Assembly (NCBI RefSeq): GCF_036971445.1 | Contig: NC_091471.1 | Location: 295,926,001 to 295,990,000 of the forward strand | Origin: Narcine bancroftii | Lineage: Eukaryota | Reading direction: 5' to 3' | DNA: 64,000 nt | Shown: one piece after another, positions 34,331 to 47,445 of the stretch | How positions within the stretch are numbered: position 1 is the stretch's first letter | Layout: the number at the start of each line of letters is the position of its first letter | Notes under the pieces: generated by a model | What the model saw: only the letters and a program-made list of their open reading frames with translations | The model's database searches: none | Told to the model about the DNA's origin: nothing | Position numbers and translations under genes: made by a program

Positions 34331-34899
34331 CTGTCTGAGGGCTCCTAGAACGCTTCCATCAGCGCTGTCTCCGCTCCATCCTCAACATTCATTGGAATGA
34401 CTTCATCACCAACATCGAAGTACTCGAGCTGGCAGAGTCCGCAAGCATCGAATCCATGCTGCTGAAGACCCATCTGCGCTGGGTGGGTCACGTCTCCAGA
34501 ATGGAGGACCATCGCCTTCCCAAGATCGTGTTCTATGGCGAGCTCTCCACTGGCCACCGAGACAGAGGTGCACCAAAGAAGAGGTACAAGGACTGCTTAA
34601 AGAAATCTCTTGGTGCCTGCCACATTGACCCCCACCAGTGGGCTGATCTCGCCTCCAACCGTGCATCTTGGCGCCTCACAGTTCGGCGGTCAGCAACCTC
34701 CTTTGAAGAAGACCGCAGAGCCCACCTCACTGACAAAAGACAAAGGAGGAAAAACCCAACACCCAACCCCAACCCACCAATTTTCCCTTGCAACCGTGCC
34801 TGCCTGTCCCGCATCGGACTTGTCAGTCACCAACGAGCTTGCAGCAGATCTGGAACATACCCCTCCATAAATCTTCGTCTGCGAAGCCAAGCCAAAAAA
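34331..34899 (+). mobile_element. 5'-truncated RTE LINE (AviRTE-like) in BORCS8 intron 4
   Basis: LLERFHQRCLRSILNIHWNDFITNIEVLE...LRWVGHVSRMEDHRLPKIVFYGEL...GAPKKRYKD; ends gccaagccaaaaaa; 11-bp TSD agtttacttgg at 34320-34330 and 34900-34910. Confidence 0.9.
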
Positions 34900-35444
34900 A
34901 GTTTACTTGGATATTGCACCCTGTATCTTCCTGGAATTATGGAGCCAAATTTTATCATAGATCTAAATCCCTTTTCCATTTGCCTCTAGCAGCCCACGCA
35001 AAATGTTTTTGATGGAAATGTACAATATTTTATGAGGAAGTAATAATGTAGAAATGCAGTTTCTTGCTGCAGAATGAAGGAATTGGTGCAGACCATCTGG
35101 GACTCTGATATCAGAGAAAAAATTGGTTCATTAAATAGACTGTAAACCTTTGGAATTCCCTCTCTCTAAGGTACTTGGTATCAAATATATTCAAGTTCGT
35201 AATCCACATTACGGCACAGTGAATGAATGCAAATGATGATCAGGATGAAAAGTGTGTGTGGATCAGCTGAATGGCAATTCAAACTTGCTCTGGGCTGAAG
35301 GACTGTCCTCGATGAAAGGAAATCCTCTGTGCTGTGCAGCTTTGAGAACCACATCTCTAAAGCCACCTTTATTTCTCAAAACCTGTGCTATTGTGACATG
35401 CTAAGACTTAGGACTTGCATTGCTTGTTATCTGAATTTCATTTG

Positions 35445-35680
35445 GCACATTTAATGTAGAGATACAGCATGGCAACAGGCCCTTCCAACCCATGAACCTG
35501 TGCTGCCCACAAATACACCCATGTGACCAATTAATCTACAAACCCTGTATGTTTTTGGAATCTGGGAAGAAACCGGTGGAAACCCATCTGGACGCAGAGA
35601 GAATTTGTACAAACTCCTCATAGACAGCACTGGATTCAAACCCAGGTCGCTGGCATTGTAATAGCGTTGTGCTACAGTTC
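35445..35680 (-). mobile_element. tRNA-derived V-SINE (HE1-like)
   Basis: Minus strand has a tRNA-like head (gtagcacaacgctattacaatgccagcgacctgggtttgaatcc), a V-domain-like core (ctgtctatgaggagtttgtac...) and a CR1-like tail. Confidence 0.75.
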
Positions 35681-35975
35681 CAACCTAAAAAAAATCAGTA
35701 TTTCTCATCAATTTATGGTCATATGGCATGTCCATTACCTACCTCTCAAGGGTGACTTGTCTGAGATTTGCTGCAGGGTCAAACTCCTGCTCTGCTGATA
35801 AATGTTGAGTGTTGTGATGAACCCTCAGTACTCCATGATTTAAGTTGCATTTTCCATCTTGTATTTGTCATCGCCCATCACTGCATGCAGCTTTAGTGAT
35901 GTGCGTGTCTGTTACAGTTCCATTGTTACACAGGCAGTTCCTGAACCTCCCTCCTTCTCTTCTTCCTGAGTGCAG

Positions 35976-36081
35976 AGCCAAGCGTGCACCCCTCCCTTTT
36001 CAGGTTAGTATTGCTGATGCCAGGAACACATCCACAGACTTTTGGCTGTCTCGAGCCACAGCAGCACGTGATCATTGTTGA
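35976..36081 (+). CDS. BORCS8: Candidate BORCS8 terminal coding exon (uncertain)
   Basis: Strong pyrimidine tract ctccctccttctcttcttcctgagtgcag|. Phase 2 gives R-AKRAPLPFQ..., with a possible internal donor CAG|GTTAGT at 36003. The BORCS8 C-terminus is poorly conserved, so this is unverified. Confidence 0.3.
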
Positions 36082-36420
36082 ATCTTGATAATACTTTGAC
36101 CAATGCAGACCTTCCACATCACTCTCTATTTTCAACAATCCTCAAATTGTTTTGATTATTGGGGCATTTCATTGCATTGCTTCACTGGGATGTTTTAAGT
36201 CATTGTGAAAATTGAGAATGACTAGCTTCTGTGGGCTCAGAGCCACATTCGAATTCCTAACCCTAATTGTTGGTCCTATTAAGGATCCAAGGAAATTTTC
36301 TCTTGAGATAGGAAGATCTGCATGTGTGCCAAGTATTGAATTTCTCTCACTCATTTCCCCTCTTACAAGCTGTTCAGCCACCTCTCACTCCTCTGGATGT
36401 GTGGGTGAAGTGGCAAAACA

Positions 36421-36548
36421 GTCTGGGTATATGGTGCAGGAGAAAAATAGTCTGCGTATATGGGTGCAGGAGAAAAGCAGTCTGGGTATATGGGTGCAGG
36501 AGAAAAGCAGTCTGGGTATATGGGTGCAGGAAAAGAGCAGCCTGGGTG
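36421..36548. repeat. 30-bp tandem repeat (~4 copies)
   Basis: gtctgggtatatgggtgcaggagaaaagca repeated. Confidence 0.92.
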
Positions 36549-39500
36549 ACCTGTGTACTCAGATGCAGCTGCACTTCAAGATTCTGTAATTACAGAGTTA
36601 TGATTGAATGGCTGAATTTCTCAAGTGAAGGAGCAATGCCAAGCTGGGTTTTTGAGAGACCATTGGCAGAAGAGAAGGGAGCTGAGAATATGTTTGCAGA
36701 CTTGAATTCAGTGGGGGGGGGGGGGAATGTCAGTTCTGCTCTTCCTGAATGCTTCATTGCACTTAATGGCTCCGTGCCCTCCATCCCACTTGCCTTTGGT
36801 CACACCTGATAATGAAGCCAAGAAGAAGGTCCTGGTTAGATGATGGCTGCCTGTCAAAGGACTTCTTGTAACCCATATTACCAAGATTTAATTTCAAAGA
36901 AATTGGGAGAACATTCAGTTTTTTTTTCACTATTGCTTTTTTGCTTGCTGTGTGTCTGGGGATTAAATGTGGAATGGCTGGAGACTAAAATGATCCTAGG
37001 AGGCTGGTAACTAGATGTGCCTGATTCAAAGATCAACCAGAGGTTCAAGACACAAAGACCAGTAAAATGATGATAGAGTCAGAAGGGCTGTGACGAAGAG
37101 AACTGGATGGCACAGGCAAACTGATTTTGACTTTCCTCTGGTTGATTGTGGAAGACCCTGGGAAATGGGAATTACCATCACCATGCCTCCAGGCATACCA
37201 TGCCTCCAGGATTGTGTGTGAAGAGGGAGCAATGAGCTGAGGGTAAATAAAAGGCAAGTTTGGGGAGAATTTGTTAATAGAGAGAAAATAGTGTGGAAAA
37301 TACTTGTCATTTTCTGATGGTGGCTGGGATGGTGGGAATTGGTGATGGCCCCAATCCATATCAAAATTACTTGAATAAGGATATTATATAAAAAATTGAA
37401 GATTTCAGGTCCTGTTTTCTGTCCATTACCTCGAACTAACCCCACATTGTGTTTCCCTCAACGGTGTGTGCTTTAATGTTAAATAATAATGTCATGTGGC
37501 TGTGTAGGAGGTGAAAAGGATGCAAAGGTGTCTAGGGGATATACACAGGCAGGGTGTATGGACGTGAACATGGCAGATTGTTTAGGGCCATGATAAGACT
37601 TCAATGGAATATTGTATCCAGACCTGGTCTCCCTACACAGGGAGGTCGCTACTTGAAATTGAAAGAGCACACAGGTTCACTTGGTTGCTTCCAGGGATTT
37701 CAAATTTTGCAATATGGGGAGAGGTAAGCTGACTGGTCATGTACTCTTTTAAGATTCAATACCTTTATAGTCATACACGAATAACAATTTTTGAGTATTA
37801 TTACATTTGTATAACTTTTACCTGCGCCACAGAAGTGCCATTAGCATTCCTGGTGCGTCCAAAAATAAGAGAAAGAGAAGCAAAAGGGAGTTCCCTCAGA
37901 GACAATGAATGTCCATGGATTAATCTCCAGCACTCCTACAGCATCTGCAGCTGCATGGCCACCTATCCAAACCATTGACAAACCCGAGCACCCAGTTCTG
38001 AATCTCCAATACGAATAGGAAGCTATCAGCATCTGAGTTCACTTCGGGAACCCTTGCCCTGAAACCTTCTCAAATCTCAGTCCCGATGCCTGAGTCAGTC
38101 TTCCGCACCCTGTCTGGATCCTTCAGCTGCTGAGCCCTTGTTTATCCACTGCCATGGCCATCTTCCCTGTGGGCCATCTCCCAGGTTGCTTCTCAGCAAG
38201 GGTGGGGTGCTCTTCTACTCTGTTGCCCTTGACTAATTAGTAGCTGACCACCAGGAGTCCACAGCTCCTTGTGGTCTACCTCCAAGCATGACATTGCCAT
38301 CTTGGGAGCAGATCCCATGGTTTCAAGATGTTCAAAGAAACACTGGTCCCTTTAACTAGCCTTTTAAGGCCTGTATGGGGTTGTTGGCATCACAACCAAG
38401 CAGTAGGACCTTGTGGAGGAACACTGTGTCTCCGCTCCCCACTCTCCTGGGTACACAGCAGCAGTGTGGCCATTACCAGACCTCAGGTACTGACGCCATG
38501 TTTCACTGATGAGAGATGATCATGTGGATCTGTACAACATTGTAATAGGGTTTGACAGAGTTGATGCAAGTCTGGTGCTTCCTTGGGCAAGGAGGCATAT
38601 TCTCTGTAAACCATTTGGAATAGAGACGAGAAGAAATTTCTTCTTCCCTAGGGTAGTGTTTCTTTTGAATTCTGTGTCCAGGTGACTCCATTGCAGAATA
38701 TTTTCATGAGATATTGGATGTTAAGAGAGGTGGAGTCAATGCAGGAAGATGGCAAGAAGTTAACAGGCAAGCATGATAGAAGAGGCATGAGGGGTGCATG
38801 GTCTGCTCCTTGTACCTTGTGATGGATGCAATTGTGTAAGGAAGATAGAGAGTCAATGTAGAGGTATGATACTAGCAAAAGTAGAATAAGGCGGACTGAC
38901 TGGGTCTCCAAACCCAGCAGGGATGGCTGAAGGAGCTATCCAATGGGAGATTTGATTAATTGGATACAAGAAGAATGTTTCCAGTCACACCACCATCATT
39001 CTCTATCTCCAATTACCAAGTCAATTCCAGATCCAATTTGTGAATTTGACTTGGATCCTGTGACCTTTAATGTTTGGACTAGCCCTCTACATGGACCTTG
39101 TCAAAGGCCTTGGTGATGATGCACTGCCCTCATCAAAAAAATCTCAATTAATCAGACATAACTTCCCACAAGCAATACAGTGATTAATCCCGATCTTTCC
39201 ATGTACATGTTACTGCTGTTGATGAGAGCTACACGTCGATCAGACGACTTGAAAGCCAAACTCTAGCAAATTGCAGTGCTTCAGTTCCCAACCGATCAAC
39301 ATTTAACCAATCTCTCCGTGTGATGTCCATAACCAGGAGTGGTCTTTTGCTTCACTTTCCATCCTGAATATAGCAACAAAATAATTGGGGAAGTGGGGTG
39401 TGAGGAATAGAAATTTAAATTGTGTATGTGCATAATTATTTTAATTGGGCATTAGTTACCTTGGCATTTCTTTTGATCACCACAGGAAGTGATGCAAAGA

Positions 39501-40750
39501 ATGTCCTGAGCTTGGGTTGGAGAATAAGTCGCATGAGTATCAGTCTTGTCTTCAAAGGGCCAGGTGAGCTGCAGGCAATGTTTTGTTCTCCTTCTACTTC
39601 CATCATCCCTCCCCATCAATGAGCAGAGGTGGAAATTTGTGTCACTCACTGAGTTGCAATAATCCAGTTAGCGACCCATTATCCAATCATTAGCTTTAGT
39701 TGTGAATGTGGCCAAGCTGCTCCACTCTGGAGGGATTCCTCCCCTTCACCTCCTCTGGGTTGCTAAAGTTAGAGTAAAATAAAACATTCCGACTTCATCT
39801 TGGCCAAGTCAGAGTATTTATAACTTGTATGTAGCTGACTGACACAGTGTGTTTTGTTGTAAAAGGATTTGTTGAGCTGCGATCAAGGATAGATGCCAGT
39901 CCCAAACCTGGTCATCCATTTCTGTGTGGCTGGGCTCACGTTGGGTAGCTGGGCTGTAGCTGAGGCTGCTCTAATGACAAGGATTAACTGGGAAGAACCC
40001 GGTTCCATATCTGTGATATTCACTATGGATGTTCCGCTACTGAGTATATCCAGGAGAGATTTTTGGATATTAAAGGACTTAAATGATGCTCAGGTAATAG
40101 AATAGTCAAGGATCTATTGATAGAAGCAAGATGGGCCGATCAACCTCCTGTGCTTTTCTTGTCTACATACGTGGTGATTTTCCCCTTGCTTTGATCTCCT
40201 GGCTATTTGTAATTAACTAGTGTGGTGTTGTTGGACTGCTAGGGATTGGGTGAAATCATCCTTGGATCTTCTTCCCCAGAAGCTTTTTGAGATTGTTTTA
40301 CTTGTGAATCAAACCTACTGCACTCAGTTTTAACACAACATTGTAAGTAACTTTTAATGAGGAAATTTGTATTCAAAGGCACACAAGCTCTACAGCCAAC
40401 TGAAACAACAATTTAAACTGACAATTCTCATTCCTAAAGGTAGAAAATGTTAGATATTTTAACATTATTTCCCCTGTACAGACCAGGTTCTTCTCCCCAT
40501 GTCCTGATCACAACTGACAACAATTCAACTCCTTTCCTGCTCCAACTTGCTCTTTCTTCCTCAGTCCGTGGTTAGAGATGATGTGGCTATGAGCTAGCAT
40601 CTGATTTCTTGATTGTAGACAAATTTGTTCAAGTTGAAGGCTGAGATGTTTTGGACAGCAAGAAGTCAGTTACTGACATGGATACATTGCTTGAAGCCCT
40701 GTTGGGGCAGAAGTGATGCTGATCTTGTCTCACCTGTGCTGAAGGAGGGC

Positions 40751-41223
40751 TCAGACCAGCGTTGAGTCCCTCTTGCAAACTGTTCCCTTTCGGGCTAATG
40801 CTTGCCTCATTTCATGGGTGACTCCTTCCCAGGATCCAGTAGATGGTAGACCGCGGGCAGCAGGCTGTGCCCACGAACGTCCGTACCTGTTGGGGTTAGG
40901 TGAAGTGGCTACGTAAAAGGCCTTCTGCTCCCGATATCGCTCATAGGCTGTCTCCTTGCGGAAGGTAGGCACACGTGAAGACTCCTCTTCCTCTCTGTGA
41001 TCCAAATGCTTGGGCTCCAGGTACCTGGTTGTCGGGGAACAATTGTTCTCAAACAGGGTGGCAGCACACTCGGGTAGCCCAGCCCTGGCACTGCCGGCTC
41101 GACAGCCCTTCACCAGCACCTGGATGACAATGATGGCAGCTGCTAGCACTCCAGCGCCAAGGATGCTGGCGCTTGCTATTGCACTCTCCTTCTCAAACTC
41201 CAGCAGCACATGGAGGCAGAGGG
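40751..41223 (-). CDS. TMEM221: Transmembrane protein 221, exon 3
   Basis: Acceptor ttttcgccttccag|; (A)LCLHVLLEFEKESAIASASILGAGVL...GSWEGVTHEMRQALARKGTVCKRDSTLV*. Matches the TMEM221 ASILG and W.GVTHEMR...KDSTLV motifs. Confidence 0.93.
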
Positions 41224-41279
41224 CTGGAAGGCGAAAAGCAAAGAATCATTACATGTAGTCCACAGAGCCAAAAGAGGCA

Positions 41280-41530
41280 GGACTGGGGTTGTCACTACGC
41301 ACTTTCAAGCTGCTGTGTGAAATGGGTTAACCGGACAATTTGCCCGGTTGAGGCAGCTTGAAAGGGTCTGACCTCGTCAGCGTTGTCCAAAGTCAACTGG
41401 GTCCCTGCCTTACCTTGGAGGTCGTCAGGGAACCCAGTTAAACTTACCCTGCACCAGTGGAAGTACCTTTGCCTGACTAATCACACCTGGGTCCCAAGAG
41501 GGCTAGCCAGGTGCTGCAGATTAAAAGCAC
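41280..41530. mobile_element. Palindromic MITE-like element (same family as 29395-30040)
   Basis: ctttcaagctgc...gcagcttgaaag inverted repeat; shares gggtctgac..., ggaaccc..taaa and tggaagtacctttgcc..actaatcaca.tgg.tccc blocks. Confidence 0.6.
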
Positions 41531-41559
41531 CCACTGGGTGTGTGCTAAACTTTCCTGTC

Positions 41560-41850
41560 CCACCACGTTCTCAACGACAGCACAGGCTAATCACAGAATA
41601 ACTATACCATCCCACCATGCTCTCAATGGCAGCACAGGTTCGTCACAGTGTAACTCCACCATCTCACCACGCTCCCAATGACAATAGAGGTTAGCCATAG
41701 AGTAATCACCATGATCTCCAATGACAGCACAGATTAGTCACAGAGTAACTACGTCGTTCCACAGTACACTCCCAACAACAGCGCGGGTAGTTACAGAATG
41801 ACTACACAGTGTCACCACGCTCTCCAATGACAGCTCGGGTTAATCACTTA
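41560..41850. repeat. Degenerate ~52-bp tandem repeat
   Basis: Motif caccacgctcccaatgacagcacaggttagtcacagagtaactacaccat recurs about six times. Confidence 0.75.
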
Positions 41851-44800
41851 TCTCCAGTGTTGTCAAAAATAATGGGCAAGCTGTTGGGCTCTTAGACAAG
41901 AATTGGGGGGTGGGGGGGGGGAACCTCATAGAAGGATTTCAAATGTTGAAAGGCCTGGACACAGTAGATGTGACAAAGTTGTTTTACATGCTAGGGGAGT
42001 CAAAGGCAAGAGGGCACATGCTTCCTTTCTTCTCAAGCCAATCCTCGATATTGAAGAAGGCCCAAAATAATGATTGCTTTCTATGGATGCTGCATGACCT
42101 GCTGAGTTTATCCAGCACTTTTCTGTACTGCACTAGATCCCAGCTTCTGCAGATTTTCTTGCTTACCTCTGGTTTCTTAACATCCTGTGCACTTGTTATC
42201 CCTGGCTTTTCTCTTACAGGAACATGTTGGCCTTGACTCTTGCCATTTCTCCTTTGACTGCTTCCCCATCTGCAAGTAGATGTTCCCTCTCTACTTTTGA
42301 CCATTCGCTTGTGTTAATGAAATGACCTCATCCCAATTTAAGATAATTATTTGTAGTTTATCCTATACATTCCTGTAACCAATTTATCCTGGTATGCTCA
42401 CCACCTCGAAGGTTACCCCACTACCTCTCCCTTCACTTGACTTGCTGCGTTTTCCAAGATAAAGCCCAGTAATATTCCATCCTTTTTTAGTCCATCGAAG
42501 TACTGCATCAAAAAAAATCTCTTTTGGACCCTCTTCAAAAATTCTGCCTCCTCTGAGCCTTTAATGCTGAAGGCAACCCCAGTTAATATTTGGGACACTG
42601 AAGTTCCCCAGTAAGATAACCCAAGTTTTATTGCTGCTTCTCTCCAACATATTTATTCCTCTATATCCAATGACTATTGAGAGCTCTATAATACACACCC
42701 AGCAAAGCAACAGTGCCCTTTTGTTTCTAATTTCTTCTCATAAGGCCTCGAGAATATTCTCTTTGTATACTTTTATTGACAGTAAAATACCTCCTGTTCT
42801 TCCCCACTCTTATCTTGCCTGAAAATTCTCTACATTTGAATTCCTCTGATGTTCACCTACTCATTCTATGCGCTGGACCTGCTGATTCGCTGGGTGATTG
42901 TTCCTCTCCATCTGAAGGAATACTGTGGTACCCCTCTTCCCCTGCCTATTCGGTTTGAATCTTGAACAGCACCATCAAAGATGTTGATTGTACCTCCATT
43001 AAGATGGAGGTACATGTCCTACCTTCCCCAGAACCAATTGCAGTGATCCAGGAACCATCCCTTCAGCCAGGAATTCTTTTTCTGTACTACAAACTCATGG
43101 TACCAGAAACAATCCAGAAATTAGTTTTTTGAGGTTCTGCTCTTTAAATGACCATGCAAATCCCTAAACTCGAGGGTAGAACTCATCCTTCTGCCCATAT
43201 CGTTGGTCCAATTTTTATAATTGTGGAAAGATCAAAATGATTCATCAAAAGCTTTTGAAAGGTGCCAGCCATGGCCTGTTGGGAACACTGAATTGGACAG
43301 TTGTGGGTTTAGTGAAGTAAGGAAGGAGTACAATTATGCTGTTTTCAGGTGGAACTCTCATCTGGTAGTTATTAAAGCATATTATTTAGAAGCTGTACAA
43401 GGGAACTCAATGATCTGATCCATTACACATCTCTGAGTTAACATCACAGTGTATAGAAATTGTTTAAAGGCAACAAAGATGTAATTGTTAGTGATTGATG
43501 GCATAGAGGTGGGTCGGATATAGTAACCAGTGAAGAGAGAGAGAAATTGTGGCATCAGCTGATTAAGAAGTGCAGGGAGATTGAATGTTTAAGTAGAATG
43601 CGTTTGCTTCATTTAAATAGGGTGCTGCCCTCCCCTCCAGTCATATCTGGATTGTTTGTCTTTGACCATGAGGCTCCCTCCCCAGACCTTCAGTTTTCTT
43701 CCACGTCCCAAGAATTGTTGGATGTTGGTGGGAGAATTGTGTGAATGAACATGTGAAAGAGAGTGGACAATGGGACAGAAGGGAACTGTTTAAAAAAATA
43801 AATAAATAAATCTAGATTGCCTTGCACAGTGTGGGTGTCCTTGTTGAAGGAAGAATGTTGGAAACAGTTCTGGGCTGATAGTGGGAATACTTTGAGGAAT
43901 GTTTGAACAAAGTGAGTTGTCAGTATGCTGGAGCTGAGGACACAGAGGGGATGTGATTGAAAGGTTCAAGATCCTGATGGGTGTGGAGGGATGTTTCCTC
44001 CCGTGGGACAATCTGGAACTAGAGGTCACTGTTTAAAGTATTGGGTCACCAACTTAGGAAAAACCTTGAAGGTCTTGAGTCTTATGAACTTTTTCTAAAA
44101 GGGCAGTGGAAGCAAAATTTTGGTATATTTTTAAGACCGACGTACATAGGCAAGGTTGTTATTTTCCTGTTGTATCACTGTTACCTTCCCTGAACTCGCT
44201 TGCTTGTGGCCCAGAAAGTATTCAGAAGTCCTGTTCATTAAACAGCTACCAAGCTCCCTATCAGTTGGAGGTTGTCATTGATATGTACATGTCCCACAAT
44301 CTGGCTGCTCACACTTCCCTTCACATTGTACTGCAGCTGCTTGGAGTTAACAATAACCCAAGCACCAGGGAGACAACACACAAACCTGAAGTCAGTTTCA
44401 GCTACTTAAAATCTTACCTGCCATTTCCCCCCCCAAATGATAGATGCCCTCCCACTATTGTTCTCCCCCTCTGTACACCAACATCCATGGTGCCACATGT
44501 TGGGGAGTTGCTCCCTTTCTCCACTGAGGCCACCCCCCCCCCCCCCCCACACTATCCAAGATGGTGTTATTATAGAGAGGGGACACTAGCATGAACTAAT
44601 TATCACCTATCTCCATTCATTCTGTACCTGTAAAGTGACCAACTCACTAAGCATACCATCCACTACGTTCTCCACATCATGGACGCACCAAACTGAGTCC
44701 ACCTGCAGCACCAATGCTCCATATGATCTGCTAAGAGCTGCAGCTGGCCACACTTCCTGAGCTTGACTGGCAACAGAGAGCCAGCCCCCTGAAATTGCAA

Positions 44801-46270
44801 CCATTTCCCTAAAAGATCGTGAAACGGGTTAATTTCCCAGAGGCAGAGCACACGTGCCAAAGGTATAGGTCCTGCAGATTATGGTCTGGTTACACATTGG
44901 CTAGTCTGCATGATGGAATGCACGATTGCTGGGCATTGCTGACTAGTTACTGGGGTACTCCAGAATTTCAGGAATGCCTTTTGGAATGGCGGGCCATTGG
45001 ATGGAGCTGATCAGTTTGCTTAGCTTCCCATCAGCTCAATTGTTCATCTGTTCCTTTTTGGAGATTGCTCCTCCATTAATCATAATGGATTAAGGATAGC
45101 ATTTCTCCCCATCTCCTCTAGTTCTTTTACCAAATATCTCATCACCAGCACTGGAGGTAGAGCCTCTGACTGTGGAAGCTCTTAATTCTGAATACATTCT
45201 CTCTAACCTGACGAGCACAAATCACAGATAGTGCCCAGTAAACTGTTTGGATGTGGGATCTGTGCTCTGTTGGAGCTCTCCGACTCCTGAACTGAGCTCT
45301 TTCCCCAGAGCCCTGCTGATTCAATCTGCCCTCTCCCCAGCTTGATATTAGGCTAAATTTTATGCTTAATTGCTGGTAGGGATCAGAAATGAACCTAGGA
45401 CTAAGAGCCTTTCTGGGTCAGTGCTGCACTTGGCTGGGCCTTCACACCCTAATGGTAAGTTGGAGCCACACTTTAGCACCAACATGGCTGATATCTGTTC
45501 TGGTTTTCCCACAGTGTTGGATGGTGTATTCAGTGAATAATGGTCGCCAAGCTCACCCCAGTCCACGTGAACCAAATGGATCCAACTCTGCAAGGTTCTG
45601 AATAGTGCTGTTGTGTACCTGTGTATGTCTACACTGGTACTTGGCTGAAGGAGGCTTTCCCTCCTGTGGGTACTGACAGAAATTTGTTTAATCAGCACTT
45701 TTCCACAACATAGAATCTCCCACAGAAACCTCACCCTGTCCTTCGCTTGATTCTCTCCCAAAGCTGTGGCCCAGTGACTGGGGAAGAGCTTGATTGGTCG
45801 GCTACCTCTATTGTTCAAGACTATGATCAAAGGATATCAGTCCCAGTTCCTTCCACTCCAGATCCTCCCAGAGGTATCTAAAGGCACTGCCAAGCTCTCG
45901 CCTCACTTCGACATCTTACAGCTGCTCTTCTTGAAGCTTCTCTCTCCCATCTCGAAATGCAGCTTGGGCCATTTTGTGGAAAGGGTTGGTCTCAGCAGAG
46001 GGCCTGAGATTTGTTTGTGGTTTTGGTGAGCTCGCATTAACTGCCCAGTGATACTGTAATAAATAAATAGATGGAAAGACTAAAGTGTCTTGGCAATGTG
46101 TTGCGGACTTCACTGGTTACCTATGACACACACTGAGGGGATGTAATTGTGTGATGGTAATATTGCTAAACTGGACTAGTGCACAGAAGTGAGTTCAACC
46201 CTTAGTAATGGAACCTTTTCATCCATACCCAGTTGGAGGCTGCCATAATGCCAGCCTTCTGTAACAAACT

Positions 46271-47055
46271 TAGCCCATGAGGTTAAAGCAGTTTTCTAGC
46301 CTCACACTGAGCATGTATGTTGAGCAGTGACATCTCTGGGCAAAGCAAGTCTGTGTGAATATGTGAGGCCAAGCAGAATAAGTGTGAGGTGAAACATTTT
46401 GGAAGGTCAAACCTGAAGGCTGAGCACAGGGTGGACAAACAGAGACCTTGGGGTCCAAATCCATATATTGCTCAAGGTTGCTCTGCAGGTTGATCGGATA
46501 GTTGTGAAGCCCAGCATTCCATAAGCCTTCTTAAGTCAGGGAGTTGACTTCAGGAGTTGAGAGGTCATGTAACTCTACAAGTATCTGGTGAGACCACACT
46601 TGGAATACTTAGTTCAGTTCTGGTCACCTCATTATTAGGAAGGATGTGAAAGTAATGGAGAGAAGATTTACCTGGTTTGGAAAATGTATCTTACGAGGCA
46701 AGGTTAGCAGAGCTAAGGGAAGAAGGATGAGAGGTGACTACAAGATTTTGAGAAGTGTAGATGAGATAGACAGCCAGTACCTTTTTCCTGGGGCTGGAGT
46801 ATTAAACACTAGAGGATATTTGTACAAAATGAATGGAGGGATTTTTTTTAGAGTTGTGGGTTCCTGCAATGTCTTGCCTGGGGGAGGTGTGGAGGCTGAA
46901 ACATGAAGGGTATTTAAGAGACCCCTAGGCACATGGATGAAAGAAAAATTGAGGATTATGAGGTAAGAAGGGTTTAGTATTTATATTTTGGTAGGAATAT
47001 ATAAGATGGCACAACATTGAGGTCCGAAGGCCCTATAGTGTTTTGTATTCTATGG
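46271..47055 (+). repeat. Local segmental duplicate A (unique flank plus CR1 fragment)
   Basis: Homologous to 50531-51375, starting tagcccatgaggttaa...ctagcctcacactgagcatgtatg and continuing through a CR1 3' fragment. Confidence 0.85.
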
Positions 47056-47359
47056 GCGTTGAACAGGGATTTCTATAGGAGTATCAGTGTTTAAATGTTA
47101 GAAATTATGGCAGGTAGTGTTTACTGGCAAAATTAATACCAAAAGCACTCGGACGTGGATTGGTATTGTTTGATGGATGGACACCAGGAGAATGCTTTGG
47201 GATATTTGTCTTCCTTGCAGAAGGTCCAGAAGACAGAATGATGAGAGTGTAGCACTCCCACAGTACTGCGCTGGGACCGATGATCCTACCTTTGATGGCA
47301 TGTTCTGAACTGCAGCCAGTGTTACAATCAATTTGGGAGAAGGGGAACTCAGCACTTAC

Positions 47360-47445
47360 CTGCTAAGTACACGATGATGCCCAGACAGAAGGCAGAGAGA
47401 GCTAGCTGTCGAGAAGATCGACTGTTCAGGAGGAGCCATCCAGCC
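47360..47445 (-). CDS. TMEM221: TMEM221 exon 2
   Basis: ctctgctgctccag| (R)AGWLLLNSRSSRQLALSAFCLGIIVYLA-G |GTAAGT; 86 nt; phases fit exons 1 and 3. Confidence 0.93.
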
